Assembly: GCA_902525735.1 (NCBI GenBank)
Contig: CABZIF010000001.1
Location: 66,813 to 130,812 of the forward strand
Direction: 5' to 3'
Length of the DNA stretch: 64,000 nt
Origin: an uncultured SAR86 cluster bacterium
Lineage (GTDB): Bacteria; Pseudomonadota; Gammaproteobacteria; Magnimaribacterales; AG-339-G14
Part shown: one piece after another, positions 8,813 to 18,014 of the stretch
How positions within the stretch are numbered: position 1 is the stretch's first letter
Layout of the letters: the number at the start of each line of letters is the position of its first letter
Program-made: the position numbers and the translations under genes
Notes under the pieces: model-generated
Told to the model about the DNA's origin: nothing
Seen by the model: only the letters and a program-made list of their open reading frames with translations
The model's database searches: none

Positions 8813-8841
8813 ATTATAGAGTTAAGAGCTTTTTTTTACAA
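8813..8841 (-). promoter_or_regulatory. Sigma70-type promoter for the riboswitch/YRG transcript
   Basis: The minus strand reads TTGTAA (8841-8836), a 17-nt spacer, then TATAAT (8818-8813). The predicted TSS is near 8806. Confidence 0.5.
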
Positions 8842-8943
8842 GTTTTTTTTAAAAAATACTCATTTTTTAATTTAATTGTCAATAAATAACTTATCTACAT
8901 ATACACTAGATATAGACCTCAAAGAAGATATAATCCATTCTTT

Positions 8944-11505
8944 ATGAGATTTTTAAATTTCTTACTAATTATTTGTTTAATTTCAAATGCTCAAATTTTA
9001 ACTTCAGCAGATGAGGAGCTTGTGGTTACAGGTTCTTATTTAAAAGACAGAACTATTGAATCTTCTCCAGTAGATGTTTTATCTTCGGCTGAAATAGAAA
9101 ATTTAAATATTTCTTCTCTAGCAGAAATTGGAAAATACATTCATACCTCATCCGGCTCTCATTTTCAAAGTGATTCATTAGAAGGAACGGATCAAGGAAT
9201 GGCTAACATAAATCTAAGGGGTTTAAATTTATCAGCGACTTTAGTAATGATTAATTCCAAGAGAAATACTTTAGCCGGATTGCCTGCAGAAAGCGGAGAT
9301 AGCTACGTAGACATAAATTTAATTCCTCAAATTGCTGTTGAGAGAATTGAAATCTTAAAAGAAGGAGCAACTTCTTTATACGGGTCAGACGCTATTGCTG
9401 GAGTGGTAAATTTTTTAACTTATAAAAATTTTAATGGAGGAAAGTTAAAATTTGCAAACCAAAAGACGCAACATTACGGACAAAATGAAAGGAAATTAGA
9501 GTTTCTATACGGAAATAGTTTGAACGACATTAATTTTGTTTTAGGTTTAGAGATTTTAGATAGATCTAGTTTACCCTCAAAAAAAATTGAAGGCATCTCT
9601 GAGTTAGGAGTAAGTATGTTTGGAAATAGCTTTGAAGCAACAGTTGATGGCACGACTGGTACAGGAGCTTATGCCGGGAATGTTTATTCATCTGGAGATG
9701 TCATCCAAGATGCTAACTGTCTTCAAAACGGAGGAATTCCTGACTACTCAGCTTATGGAAAATTATATTGTGGATTTTTATACGGTGATAGGTTTAATAT
9801 CACAAATGATGAGGATCATGAAAAGATATATCTAAATGCTAATCAATCCTTCGAGAAATATAGTTTTTCCTCAACTTTTATTTTTTCAAGCGTAGACGTA
9901 AATGACAATCCCCAATCTCCATCTTATCCAGCACTGTCATTTCCAGTAATAGCAGTAGGAAAAGCAGGCAGCCCATTCAATAATCCCGTAAAATGGAATG
10001 GTCGACCTTTGGGCGCTTCATCTCCTTCTCCACTATCGCCAAAGGAAATAGATCAATTCCATTTTTCAACTAATTTTGATATCGATTTAAATAAAAGCGA
10101 TAAAATGAAATTAACATTCACTCATAGTGAGCATGAAAACTCAATGAGTCGTCCGGATACTGTTAATTCAAGGTTGATAGCCGCTCTGAATAATACTGGA
10201 GGTCCAAATAATAATTTGACATGGAATATCTTTGATTCTTCTCAAAATTCAGAAACATTAAAAAACTATATTTTAGGAAGCGAAGATTCGGTACATCAAG
10301 CAAAATTATCTATTTTTGATCTTCTTTACGAGGGTCAATTAAATGACGCTAATTATGTTGTTGGCTTTCAAGCTGGTTCAGAAAGTCTTGATGTAACTTG
10401 GAATGACTTAGCAAGAGTTGAATTTGATGCTGATGGTAAAATGACGAAATCTGCAGATTTATTATTTTTAGGAGGAGGATCAAATGTTAATTCTGACAGA
10501 GAAAAATATGCGATTTTTTCTGAATTTTATCCTCAGATAGGTAATGACTTAGATTTAAAAATTTCAGCAAGGTTTGAAAAAATTGGCGACGAATCCTCAT
10601 TTGATCCAAAAATATCTCTAAAAAAATATGTAAACAATAATTTAATATTAAGAGGTTCTCTGGGAACTTCCTTTGCAATGCCATCTTTAGGTCAACTGTA
10701 TTCTGCAAATACATCTTTGGGTAACGTATCTGGAATTTTTATTCGAGTTTCTAAAGTAGGAGACCCGGATCTAAAACCTCAATCATCAACAAATTCAAAT
10801 TTTGGAATTATTTATCTTTATGAAGATAGGAAAATCTCTTTAGATTACTGGCAAATAGATTACAAAGACCGATTGACAGTTGAGAGTGCGAAAACCCTCT
10901 ATGCTGCAAATCCTAATAATCCAATTTTTACTTACAATTCCGGAGTACTTTTTGCAGCTAATGTAAAATATATTAATGAAGAAAAGACAGATTTATCTGG
11001 CATAGATTTTTCTTTCGAATCTGGAAAATACAACAGTATTTATGGGCAATTTGATTATAAGATAAATGGTACCTATTTAATGAAATATGAAACTACTCAA
11101 GGAGGTACTTCAATAGAAAGAGCTGGAAGATTTAATCATGATATCGACGGATATTCTCTTCCAGAATATAAAGTAAATCTATTTGCTTTAATGGAAAAAA
11201 ATCTCAATAAATATACTTTTAATGCCAGATATGTAAGTGGTTACGATAACCATAAAAGATTGCTTACAAGAGCAATTTCTGTTGGAGGATATACTAATAG
11301 GGTAGAGTCTTCTTTGATGTATGATCTAGGTTATCAGCGAAGTTTTAAAATGAACAACTTAGACTATAACTTGAATTTTTCAATTCTAAATTTAACCGAT
11401 GAGGACGCACCGAAAGTCAATAGTCAGCCTGAGTTTAGTTATGATCCAAGACAAATAGATCCTAGAGGCAGAATTTTCTCTTTTGGGATTGAAATAAACT
11501 TGTAA
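8944..11505 (+). CDS. TonB-dependent outer-membrane receptor
   Basis: It is 853 aa with a signal peptide. The plug region carries VVTGS...SPVDVLS and IERIEILKEGATSLYGSDAIAGVVNF, followed by a long beta-barrel. Confidence 0.85.
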   Translation: MRFLNFLLIICLISNAQILTSADEELVVTGSYLKDRTIESSPVDVLSSAEIENLNISSLAEIGKYIHTSSGSHFQSDSLEGTDQGMANINLRGLNLSATLVMINSKRNTLAGLPAESGDSYVDINLIPQIAVERIEILKEGATSLYGSDAIAGVVNFLTYKNFNGGKLKFANQKTQHYGQNERKLEFLYGNSLNDINFVLGLEILDRSSLPSKKIEGISELGVSMFGNSFEATVDGTTGTGAYAGNVYSSGDVIQDANCLQNGGIPDYSAYGKLYCGFLYGDRFNITNDEDHEKIYLNANQSFEKYSFSSTFIFSSVDVNDNPQSPSYPALSFPVIAVGKAGSPFNNPVKWNGRPLGASSPSPLSPKEIDQFHFSTNFDIDLNKSDKMKLTFTHSEHENSMSRPDTVNSRLIAALNNTGGPNNNLTWNIFDSSQNSETLKNYILGSEDSVHQAKLSIFDLLYEGQLNDANYVVGFQAGSESLDVTWNDLARVEFDADGKMTKSADLLFLGGGSNVNSDREKYAIFSEFYPQIGNDLDLKISARFEKIGDESSFDPKISLKKYVNNNLILRGSLGTSFAMPSLGQLYSANTSLGNVSGIFIRVSKVGDPDLKPQSSTNSNFGIIYLYEDRKISLDYWQIDYKDRLTVESAKTLYAANPNNPIFTYNSGVLFAANVKYINEEKTDLSGIDFSFESGKYNSIYGQFDYKINGTYLMKYETTQGGTSIERAGRFNHDIDGYSLPEYKVNLFALMEKNLNKYTFNARYVSGYDNHKRLLTRAISVGGYTNRVESSLMYDLGYQRSFKMNNLDYNLNFSILNLTDEDAPKVNSQPEFSYDPRQIDPRGRIFSFGIEINL

Positions 11506-11527
11506 GTATCAAAATATAAGGAATTTT

Positions 11528-12907
11528 ATGGCGAGCATTGACCAGTCATCTGATATTGAAGTTTCTCAAGAAGAAATAGAAAAGGTTTCAAGCCCTGAAA
11601 CTTTATCAATATGGGGGTTAGCTTGGCCATCTATTTTGGCAAATATTCTTTTCGCAGCTGTTGGAATTGTCGGTCTCAAGGCAGTAGGGGCATTAGGGAC
11701 CGAGGCTTTGGCAGCTGTTGGTACAGGACAAAGAATTTTTTTTGTTATTCAATCTTTAATCATGGCAGTTTCAACTGGAACAACTGCTTTAATCGCGAGA
11801 GCTTATGGGTCTGGCAACAAAAATGAAGGCGCTTTAGTTTTATTTGACTCCTTGTGGATTGGTATAGCTTTGGGAGTTTTTACTACTTTCATTGGTTGGA
11901 TTTACGGAGAGAATATCCTTGGACTATTTGGATTGAATGAGCAATCAAAGGAATTGGCAGTTGATTATTTGAAATACTCAATGCTCTTCTCAGCAATGTT
12001 TTCAGCTTCTTTTATCTTCGGAGCTGCTTTGAGAGCCGCTGGCGACGCAAAAACACCTTTAGCGATTATGATTTTTCAAAATATCATAAACGTTTTTCTT
12101 TTAATCGGCCTTGTCAATGGAAGCTTTGGATTGCCAAACCTTGGTGTGGTTGGAGCAGCATTTGCTTGGGGTATTTCTTTTACTATCGGAACATTAATTT
12201 GCTTTTTTCTTTGGTTGTCTAACCTAACTATTATCAAACGTCCTAATTTTAATTCTTTCAATAGAAACAGAATTAAATTAATTTTAAAAATTTCAACACC
12301 TGCGACTATTGAACAGGGAATTTTCCAATTTGGTTTATTAATTTATTTTTGGATAATTTCTTTATATGGAACAGCCCCCGTTGCAGCATACAACATTGGT
12401 ATAAATATTTTGATGCTTTCATTTATGATCGGGCAGGGCTTTTCAATAGCTGGGGCAACTTTGACCGGTCAATTTTTAGGCGCTGACAACCCAAAAGAAG
12501 CTAAGAGAAGTGGATGGAGAAGCACAGGGCTATCTATAATTTCAATGACTTTTATTGGCCTTACTGTTGCAATTTTTTCTAAGGAGATATCTGGATTTTT
12601 AATTAATGATCCGGAAGTTATAAGGCTAACGGTTATTTTTGTTTGGTTTCTGGGTTCGATGCAACCACTTATGGCAATTGAATTTGCTTTAGGTGGCTCT
12701 TTGAGGGGAGCTGGGGATACTAAATCTCCATTGATCATTACCATGATAGGCTTAGTTTTTTTTAGACTCAGTGTGGCCTTCATCTTTCTAGTCTTTAATT
12801 TACCAATTGAATATATTTTTTCGAGCTTGATGATCGACTATTTGGTTAAAGCAGTTCTCTTTTCTTATAGATTTAATTCAGGAAAGTGGATAAAAAAATT
12901 AGTTTAA
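11528..12907 (+). CDS. MATE family efflux transporter
   Basis: It is 459 aa with about 12 TM segments and an internal two-fold repeat. It carries the typical WPSILANIL...GLKAVGALGTEALAAVG and RGAGDTKSP blocks. Confidence 0.85.
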   Translation: MASIDQSSDIEVSQEEIEKVSSPETLSIWGLAWPSILANILFAAVGIVGLKAVGALGTEALAAVGTGQRIFFVIQSLIMAVSTGTTALIARAYGSGNKNEGALVLFDSLWIGIALGVFTTFIGWIYGENILGLFGLNEQSKELAVDYLKYSMLFSAMFSASFIFGAALRAAGDAKTPLAIMIFQNIINVFLLIGLVNGSFGLPNLGVVGAAFAWGISFTIGTLICFFLWLSNLTIIKRPNFNSFNRNRIKLILKISTPATIEQGIFQFGLLIYFWIISLYGTAPVAAYNIGINILMLSFMIGQGFSIAGATLTGQFLGADNPKEAKRSGWRSTGLSIISMTFIGLTVAIFSKEISGFLINDPEVIRLTVIFVWFLGSMQPLMAIEFALGGSLRGAGDTKSPLIITMIGLVFFRLSVAFIFLVFNLPIEYIFSSLMIDYLVKAVLFSYRFNSGKWIKKLV

Positions 12908-13003
12908 ATGTATGTAAGTCTATAAAAAGGTTAAAAATTGTTATATATTAAACTCTGAGAATATTAGAAAAAGGATTTTTTAGATATAAAACGGGGAGGT
13001 TTT

Positions 13004-13714
13004 ATGGAATCTATTTTAGCTACCAATGATTATGTTGGTATTTCATTTTGGCTAGCAACAGCAATTATGCTTGCTTCAACAGTTTTTTTCTTTGTTGAAA
13101 GATCTGATGTAAAGGGCAAGTGGAAAACATCTATGACTGTTGCTGGATTAGTAACTGGTGTGGCTTTCTGGCATTACCTATACATGAGAGAAGTGTGGGT
13201 AGTAATGGGAGATACTCCAACAGTTTATCGTTACATTGACTGGTTAATAACAGTACCACTTCAAATAATTGAGTTTTATCTAGTTATTGCTGCAGTAACT
13301 GCAATTTCGGCAGCTATTTTTTGGAAGCTTTTAACAGCTTCCATAGTGATGCTAGTTTTTGGTTATTTTGGTGAAACTGGATTAATGAATGTCACTGTTG
13401 GTTTTGTAATTGGTATGGTCGCTTGGCTATATATAATTTACGAAATTTTCTTTGGAGAAACTGCAGCAGCTAACGCTTCAAGTGGAAATGCTGCTAGTCA
13501 ACAAGCATTTAATACAATCAAATGGATTGTTACCGTAGGTTGGGCGATATATCCTTTAGGTTATGCTATTGGATATTTTTCACCTGGCGGTGTCGATGCT
13601 AATTCTTTAAATATTATTTATAACCTTGCAGATCTAATTAATAAAACTGCATTTGGTTTAGCCATATGGGCTGCAGCTGTAGCTGACTCTCAGTCACAAA
13701 CTTCAGAAGCTTAA
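13004..13714 (+). CDS. Proteorhodopsin (blue-tuned, Gln at spectral-tuning site)
   Basis: It is a 7-TM protein aligning with SAR86-type PR. It carries RYIDWLITVPLQIIEFY (proton acceptor Asp, tuning residue Gln, donor Glu) and the Schiff-base Lys in NLADLINKTAFG. Confidence 0.9.
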   Translation: MESILATNDYVGISFWLATAIMLASTVFFFVERSDVKGKWKTSMTVAGLVTGVAFWHYLYMREVWVVMGDTPTVYRYIDWLITVPLQIIEFYLVIAAVTAISAAIFWKLLTASIVMLVFGYFGETGLMNVTVGFVIGMVAWLYIIYEIFFGETAAANASSGNAASQQAFNTIKWIVTVGWAIYPLGYAIGYFSPGGVDANSLNIIYNLADLINKTAFGLAIWAAAVADSQSQTSEA

Positions 13715-13734
13715 TAAACTAAATATTTAATAAT

Positions 13735-13765
13735 AAAAAACCCCGGCTAATGCCGGGGTTTTTTC
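13735..13765 (+). terminator. Intrinsic terminator after proteorhodopsin
   Basis: The hairpin CCCCGGC-TAAT-GCCGGGG is followed by TTTTTT. Confidence 0.8.
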
Positions 13766-13933
13766 ATGGAGCTTCTTGAGATTCTCCCCCAAGACTCAAG
13801 AAGCGAAGTTAAATTTATAAAAAATCTCTCGATACGTCAAAATTTTTTTTCTTCTGGTTAACATATTAACTAAAATTAAACAAAAATAATTGTTTATAGG
13901 CTTTAAATTGATGTAAATTAATATTTCAAAAAT

Positions 13934-14009
13934 GCGATTGTAGCTCAGTTGGTAGAGCGCGACCTTGCCAAGGTCGAGGCCACGGGTTCGAACCCCGTCA
14001 ATCGCTCCA
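13934..14009 (+). tRNA. tRNA-Gly (anticodon GCC)
   Basis: The acceptor GCGATTG pairs with CAATCGC, followed by T-CCA. The anticodon stem CGACC/GGTCG closes loop TTGCCAA. The T-arm is ACGGGTTCGAACCCCGT. Confidence 0.9.
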
Positions 14010-14027
14010 CTTTTCTTAAAAAATTAT

Positions 14028-14675
14028 TTAGATTGAATCTGCAATAGCGTGATTACGATCCCTATGTCCAGCCTCATCGTCTCGAATAACTTCGATAACT
14101 TCTCTTAAAGTTGCGTTTTTATCCAAGCCCCAGTAATTAATAGCTATTTCTGGTGCAGGAGTATTGGGAATTTTTCCGGAGTCAATTTCGTACAAGTATT
14201 CTGTGTAAGAGAAAACTGCTTCTTCTTCAAAATATCCAACCATTCTGTGGGCCGTTTTTTTGAAGAAAATATATAAAATAGTATAAAAGGCCCCGAATAT
14301 AAATTGACCAGCCATGATGATAAATCTTTCAAAAGTTGAAGGCTTAGCTATGGCTATGAAAGTCATTAAGTGCATTCTTTCATTATCTGCTTCTTCCAGA
14401 AGTTCTTTAATGAAGTCACCATCGTCTACCATTTTTCTGAGAGATTTAAAATGAGCAAGCATTCCACCTACCATACCAGGTACAGCAGCCACGGTTTCTA
14501 AAACAACGGCTCTATGACCATATCTTTTTTTAAAAAAAGTGTCGGCAAAAAATCTAAGAGATCTAGTGATGAAAAGAGCAACACTATCTGAAAAGCATTC
14601 AGGATGTAAATGAACATGAGTTCTATTGCTAGAATTCAGTTCTATATTTTTTGGAAGCTCGTCTTGACTTAACAT
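14028..14675 (-). CDS. aox: Alternative (cyanide-insensitive) ubiquinol oxidase, AOX family
   Basis: The di-iron carboxylate motifs appear in order: LETVAAVPGMV, NERMHL, YFEEEA and RDDEAGHRDRNH. Confidence 0.85.
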   Translation of the reverse strand: MLSQDELPKNIELNSSNRTHVHLHPECFSDSVALFITRSLRFFADTFFKKRYGHRAVVLETVAAVPGMVGGMLAHFKSLRKMVDDGDFIKELLEEADNERMHLMTFIAIAKPSTFERFIIMAGQFIFGAFYTILYIFFKKTAHRMVGYFEEEAVFSYTEYLYEIDSGKIPNTPAPEIAINYWGLDKNATLREVIEVIRDDEAGHRDRNHAIADSI

Positions 14676-14798
14676 AAGAAGACTATATATAACTTTTTTT
14701 TTGAAGTTAACCTGAGGTCTCTAATTATTAGTTATATATTACTTTTAGTAATATCATTTATTTGAGAACTTCCAGCTCACAAATGTTAATGTTTATTA

Positions 14799-16022
14799 AT
14801 GAATACTTTCGATGTAGTTATTGTTGGCGGCGGTCCAGGTGGCGCTACTCTTGCAAATATCTTTGCCTCAAGAGGTATAAAAGTTGCTTTAATTGAAAGA
14901 CAGAAAGACTTTTCTAAAGAATTCAGGGGTGAAGCCTTAATGCCTAGTGGAAAAGAAGTTTTGGATCAAATAGGAATTGATTTAGATAAAGATAATATTA
15001 AATATAGGAAAGTTGATAAATTAAATATTTTTTACAAGGGAGCTTTGATTGGAAATCCAGATATAGAATTTATTAAAGAAGGTCAATTCAGGTGGGCTTC
15101 CCAACCCCAGTTGCTAGAAAAAATTATAGATAAATCATCTAATTTTGAAAATTTTAAATTTTTTAGAGGGTATAGAGCAGAAGATTTAGTTTATGAAGGT
15201 GAAAGAGTTAACGGTGTAAAAATAAGTAATTTGAACGAGGATATTTTTCTGAGCGGTAAAGTTGTTATTGGATTTGATGGGAGAAATTCAATGGTCAGAA
15301 GAAAGCTTGCTTTTTCAGTTGAGAAATTCCATCAGCCCGCGGATGTTTTATGGTTTAAAGTTCCATATCCAGAAAATTTTATTCCAGGTTCTCAAGCTTT
15401 TTTTAGTTTATTTCCAATGTCTTTGCTTGTTTGTGTGCCCGTCTATGATCAGAAAATGCAAGTTGGCTGGGTAATACCTTCGGGGTCATATGGTGAATTA
15501 AAGCAACAGGGAAAAGAAAAATGGATTGAATTTATTAGAAAAAATTCTCCAAAAGATTTTTCCAATCATCTTAAAGAATGTTTAGATAAAAATAAAATTT
15601 CAGATCCTTTTGTTTTAAAAATGACTTTGGATCGTGTTAAAAAATGGAATAAAAGTGGCGCGTTGTTGTTGGGAGATGCAGCACACACTATGAACGCGGT
15701 TGGAGGGCAAGGATTAAATATTGCCCTACGAGACGCTATTGTTTGTGCAAATCATCTAGTGCCTTTATTAAAAACTGATGCTGACAAAACTGATTTAGAT
15801 TTTGCTTTTGAAAAAATAGAAAAAGAGAGACTGAATGAGGTAAGACAAGTACAAGAAATTCAATCTAGACCTCCAAAATTTATTTTTGTAAATAAATATT
15901 TAGTAGACTTAATATTACCAATAATAAAAATTATTTTTAAATTTAAGGTGTTTAAGAGGTTTGCAGATAAAGAATTTGATAAAATTTCTAAAGGATTTGA
16001 TAAAGTAAAACTAGAGGTTTAA
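14799..16022 (+). CDS. FAD-dependent monooxygenase (UbiH/aromatic-ring hydroxylase-like)
   Basis: It has the N-terminal dinucleotide fold VVIVGGGPGGATLA and the GDAAHTMNAVGGQGLNIALRDA motif. Confidence 0.7.
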   Translation: MNTFDVVIVGGGPGGATLANIFASRGIKVALIERQKDFSKEFRGEALMPSGKEVLDQIGIDLDKDNIKYRKVDKLNIFYKGALIGNPDIEFIKEGQFRWASQPQLLEKIIDKSSNFENFKFFRGYRAEDLVYEGERVNGVKISNLNEDIFLSGKVVIGFDGRNSMVRRKLAFSVEKFHQPADVLWFKVPYPENFIPGSQAFFSLFPMSLLVCVPVYDQKMQVGWVIPSGSYGELKQQGKEKWIEFIRKNSPKDFSNHLKECLDKNKISDPFVLKMTLDRVKKWNKSGALLLGDAAHTMNAVGGQGLNIALRDAIVCANHLVPLLKTDADKTDLDFAFEKIEKERLNEVRQVQEIQSRPPKFIFVNKYLVDLILPIIKIIFKFKVFKRFADKEFDKISKGFDKVKLEV

Positions 16023-16024
16023 AT

Positions 16025-16831
16025 ATGGGAGATGTTGTAAAAAAAGAAATTAGTGAAGATGGAGTTTTAACCGTCACTTTAAATAGGCCGGAGAGTTTAA
16101 ATAGTCTTAATTATGAACTTGTCATGGGGGTTATTGCTGCTTTTGATGAAGCCAACTCAAATGATGAAATTAGATCAGTCATTCTTACTGGCGAGGGAAG
16201 AGGGTTTTGCTCTGGCGCAGATTTAACTGGTGGCGGTTGGCCGAATGAACCTGAATGGACTGCAGGAGAATCAGCAGCCAACAGTATGATCATTGGAATG
16301 AATCCAATGATAAAAAAAATTGTTAATTGTCCTAAGCCTGTTGTAAATGCTATTAATGGTGTGGCAGCTGGTGGCGGGGCTGGTCTTGCTTTGAGCGGAG
16401 ATATAATAATTGCTTCAAAATCAGCTAAGTTCAAATTAGTTTTTGGGAATCAGTTAGGCATTATTTCCGATGTAGGAGCATCTTGGTTTGTCCCTAATCT
16501 TCTTTCTAGAGCAAGGGCAAATGGATTGGCAATGTTAGGCGAAGATTTATCAGCTGAAAAAGCTGAGGAATGGGGGCTTTTATGGAAAACATTTTCTGAT
16601 GAAGATTTGATGGGTGAAGCTATGAAAATCGCATCAAAAATGGCAGATGGAGCTATCGAAGGCTTGAAAGCGATAGTTCATTCTCATGATAATGCATTGA
16701 TTTCCACTCTAGAGGATCAGCTTGAATATGAAACTAAAACTCAGAGAGTCCTGTGTGATGCTCCTCCTTTTAAAGAAGGAATAATGGCATTTTTAGAAAA
16801 GCGTAAACCTAATTTCAGAAATCTTAAGTAG
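16025..16831 (+). CDS. Enoyl-CoA hydratase/isomerase (crotonase) family protein
   Basis: It carries the crotonase blocks LNRPESLNSL, GEGRGFCSGADL and AINGVAAGGGAGLAL. Confidence 0.8.
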   Translation: MGDVVKKEISEDGVLTVTLNRPESLNSLNYELVMGVIAAFDEANSNDEIRSVILTGEGRGFCSGADLTGGGWPNEPEWTAGESAANSMIIGMNPMIKKIVNCPKPVVNAINGVAAGGGAGLALSGDIIIASKSAKFKLVFGNQLGIISDVGASWFVPNLLSRARANGLAMLGEDLSAEKAEEWGLLWKTFSDEDLMGEAMKIASKMADGAIEGLKAIVHSHDNALISTLEDQLEYETKTQRVLCDAPPFKEGIMAFLEKRKPNFRNLK

Positions 16832-17948
16832 ATAGATTTTTCAATAAATTTACATAAATATCTTTAAGCGTTTTTAAATCTTTCAAAGATACGTTTTCAT
16901 CGATTTTATGGATGGATTCATTCAAAGGACCGAGCTCAACTATCTCTGCATCCATGGCGATCATAAATCTTCCGTCAGAAGTTCCTCCACCATTATTAAT
17001 GATAGGTTCTCTGCCAGTGGTTTCTTTAATTGCGGAAATAACTTTGTTTATAAAAAAATCTTTTGTTGTTAAAAATGGGTTTCCGCTTAATGACCAATCC
17101 AATTCGTATTTTAGATCTAAAGAATTTAGTATTTCTTCAAAGCTTGTAATCAGATCGTCGCTTGTAGATTCGGAACAGAATCTAAAATTAAAATCCATAA
17201 TTAACTCGCCAGGCACTATATTTCCTGCACCAGTTCCAGAATTTATATTTGATATCTGAAAAGACGTTGGTTGAAAATGTTCGTTTCCTTCATCCCATTT
17301 TTTTTCTTTTAAAATTTTAATTAAATCCGATATCAAAAAAATAGGATTGACGAATTTTTCAGGATAAGCAATATGCCCTTGTTTGCCAATTATTTTCAAC
17401 TTACCGCTTAATGAACCCCTTCTGCCAATTCTTATAGTGTCAGCTACTATAGATGAAGACGATGGTTCCCCTACTAAACAATAATTTATAGTTTCTCCTC
17501 TAGCTTTGAGTTTTTCTAATACTTCATCGATAAAGCCATCTTCTGGTGTTCCTTCTTCATTACTTGTTAGAAGTACAGCTATTCTAAAGTTTAATTTTTC
17601 TGTGCTTAAAAAAGTTTCTAAGGCCTCTATAAAAGCACAGATATTGCCTTTCATATCTGCAGCTCCTCTTCCATATATGTGGTCATTATGAATTTCTCCA
17701 CCAAACGGAGGATAGGTCCATTTGTCTAAAGGTCCAGTAGGAACAACATCTGTGTGACCTAAAAAACAAAATGTAGGTCCTTCAGACCCTAATACTGCAT
17801 AAAGATTTTCAACATTTTTATAGTTAATTCTTTCGCAGGAAAAATTCATTCCACAAAGCGCAGATTCTAAAATATCAAAACAACCCGCATCATTTGGCGA
17901 TATAGATTCGATTTCAATAAGCTGTTTAGTAAGTTTTTCTAGATTCAT
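16824..17948 (-). CDS. dapE: Succinyl-diaminopimelate desuccinylase (M20 family)
   Basis: It carries LIEIESISPNDAG, GHTDVVPTG, YGRGAADMKG and SNEEG, with DapE-like length and a dimerisation insert. Confidence 0.8.
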   Translation of the reverse strand: MNLEKLTKQLIEIESISPNDAGCFDILESALCGMNFSCERINYKNVENLYAVLGSEGPTFCFLGHTDVVPTGPLDKWTYPPFGGEIHNDHIYGRGAADMKGNICAFIEALETFLSTEKLNFRIAVLLTSNEEGTPEDGFIDEVLEKLKARGETINYCLVGEPSSSSIVADTIRIGRRGSLSGKLKIIGKQGHIAYPEKFVNPIFLISDLIKILKEKKWDEGNEHFQPTSFQISNINSGTGAGNIVPGELIMDFNFRFCSESTSDDLITSFEEILNSLDLKYELDWSLSGNPFLTTKDFFINKVISAIKETTGREPIINNGGGTSDGRFMIAMDAEIVELGPLNESIHKIDENVSLKDLKTLKDIYVNLLKNLST

Positions 17949-18014
17949 ATTTCATAATTATAAGCTGAAAACATCTGCTAGAATTATCTTTCCTTTAATC
18001 AATATAAAAATATT

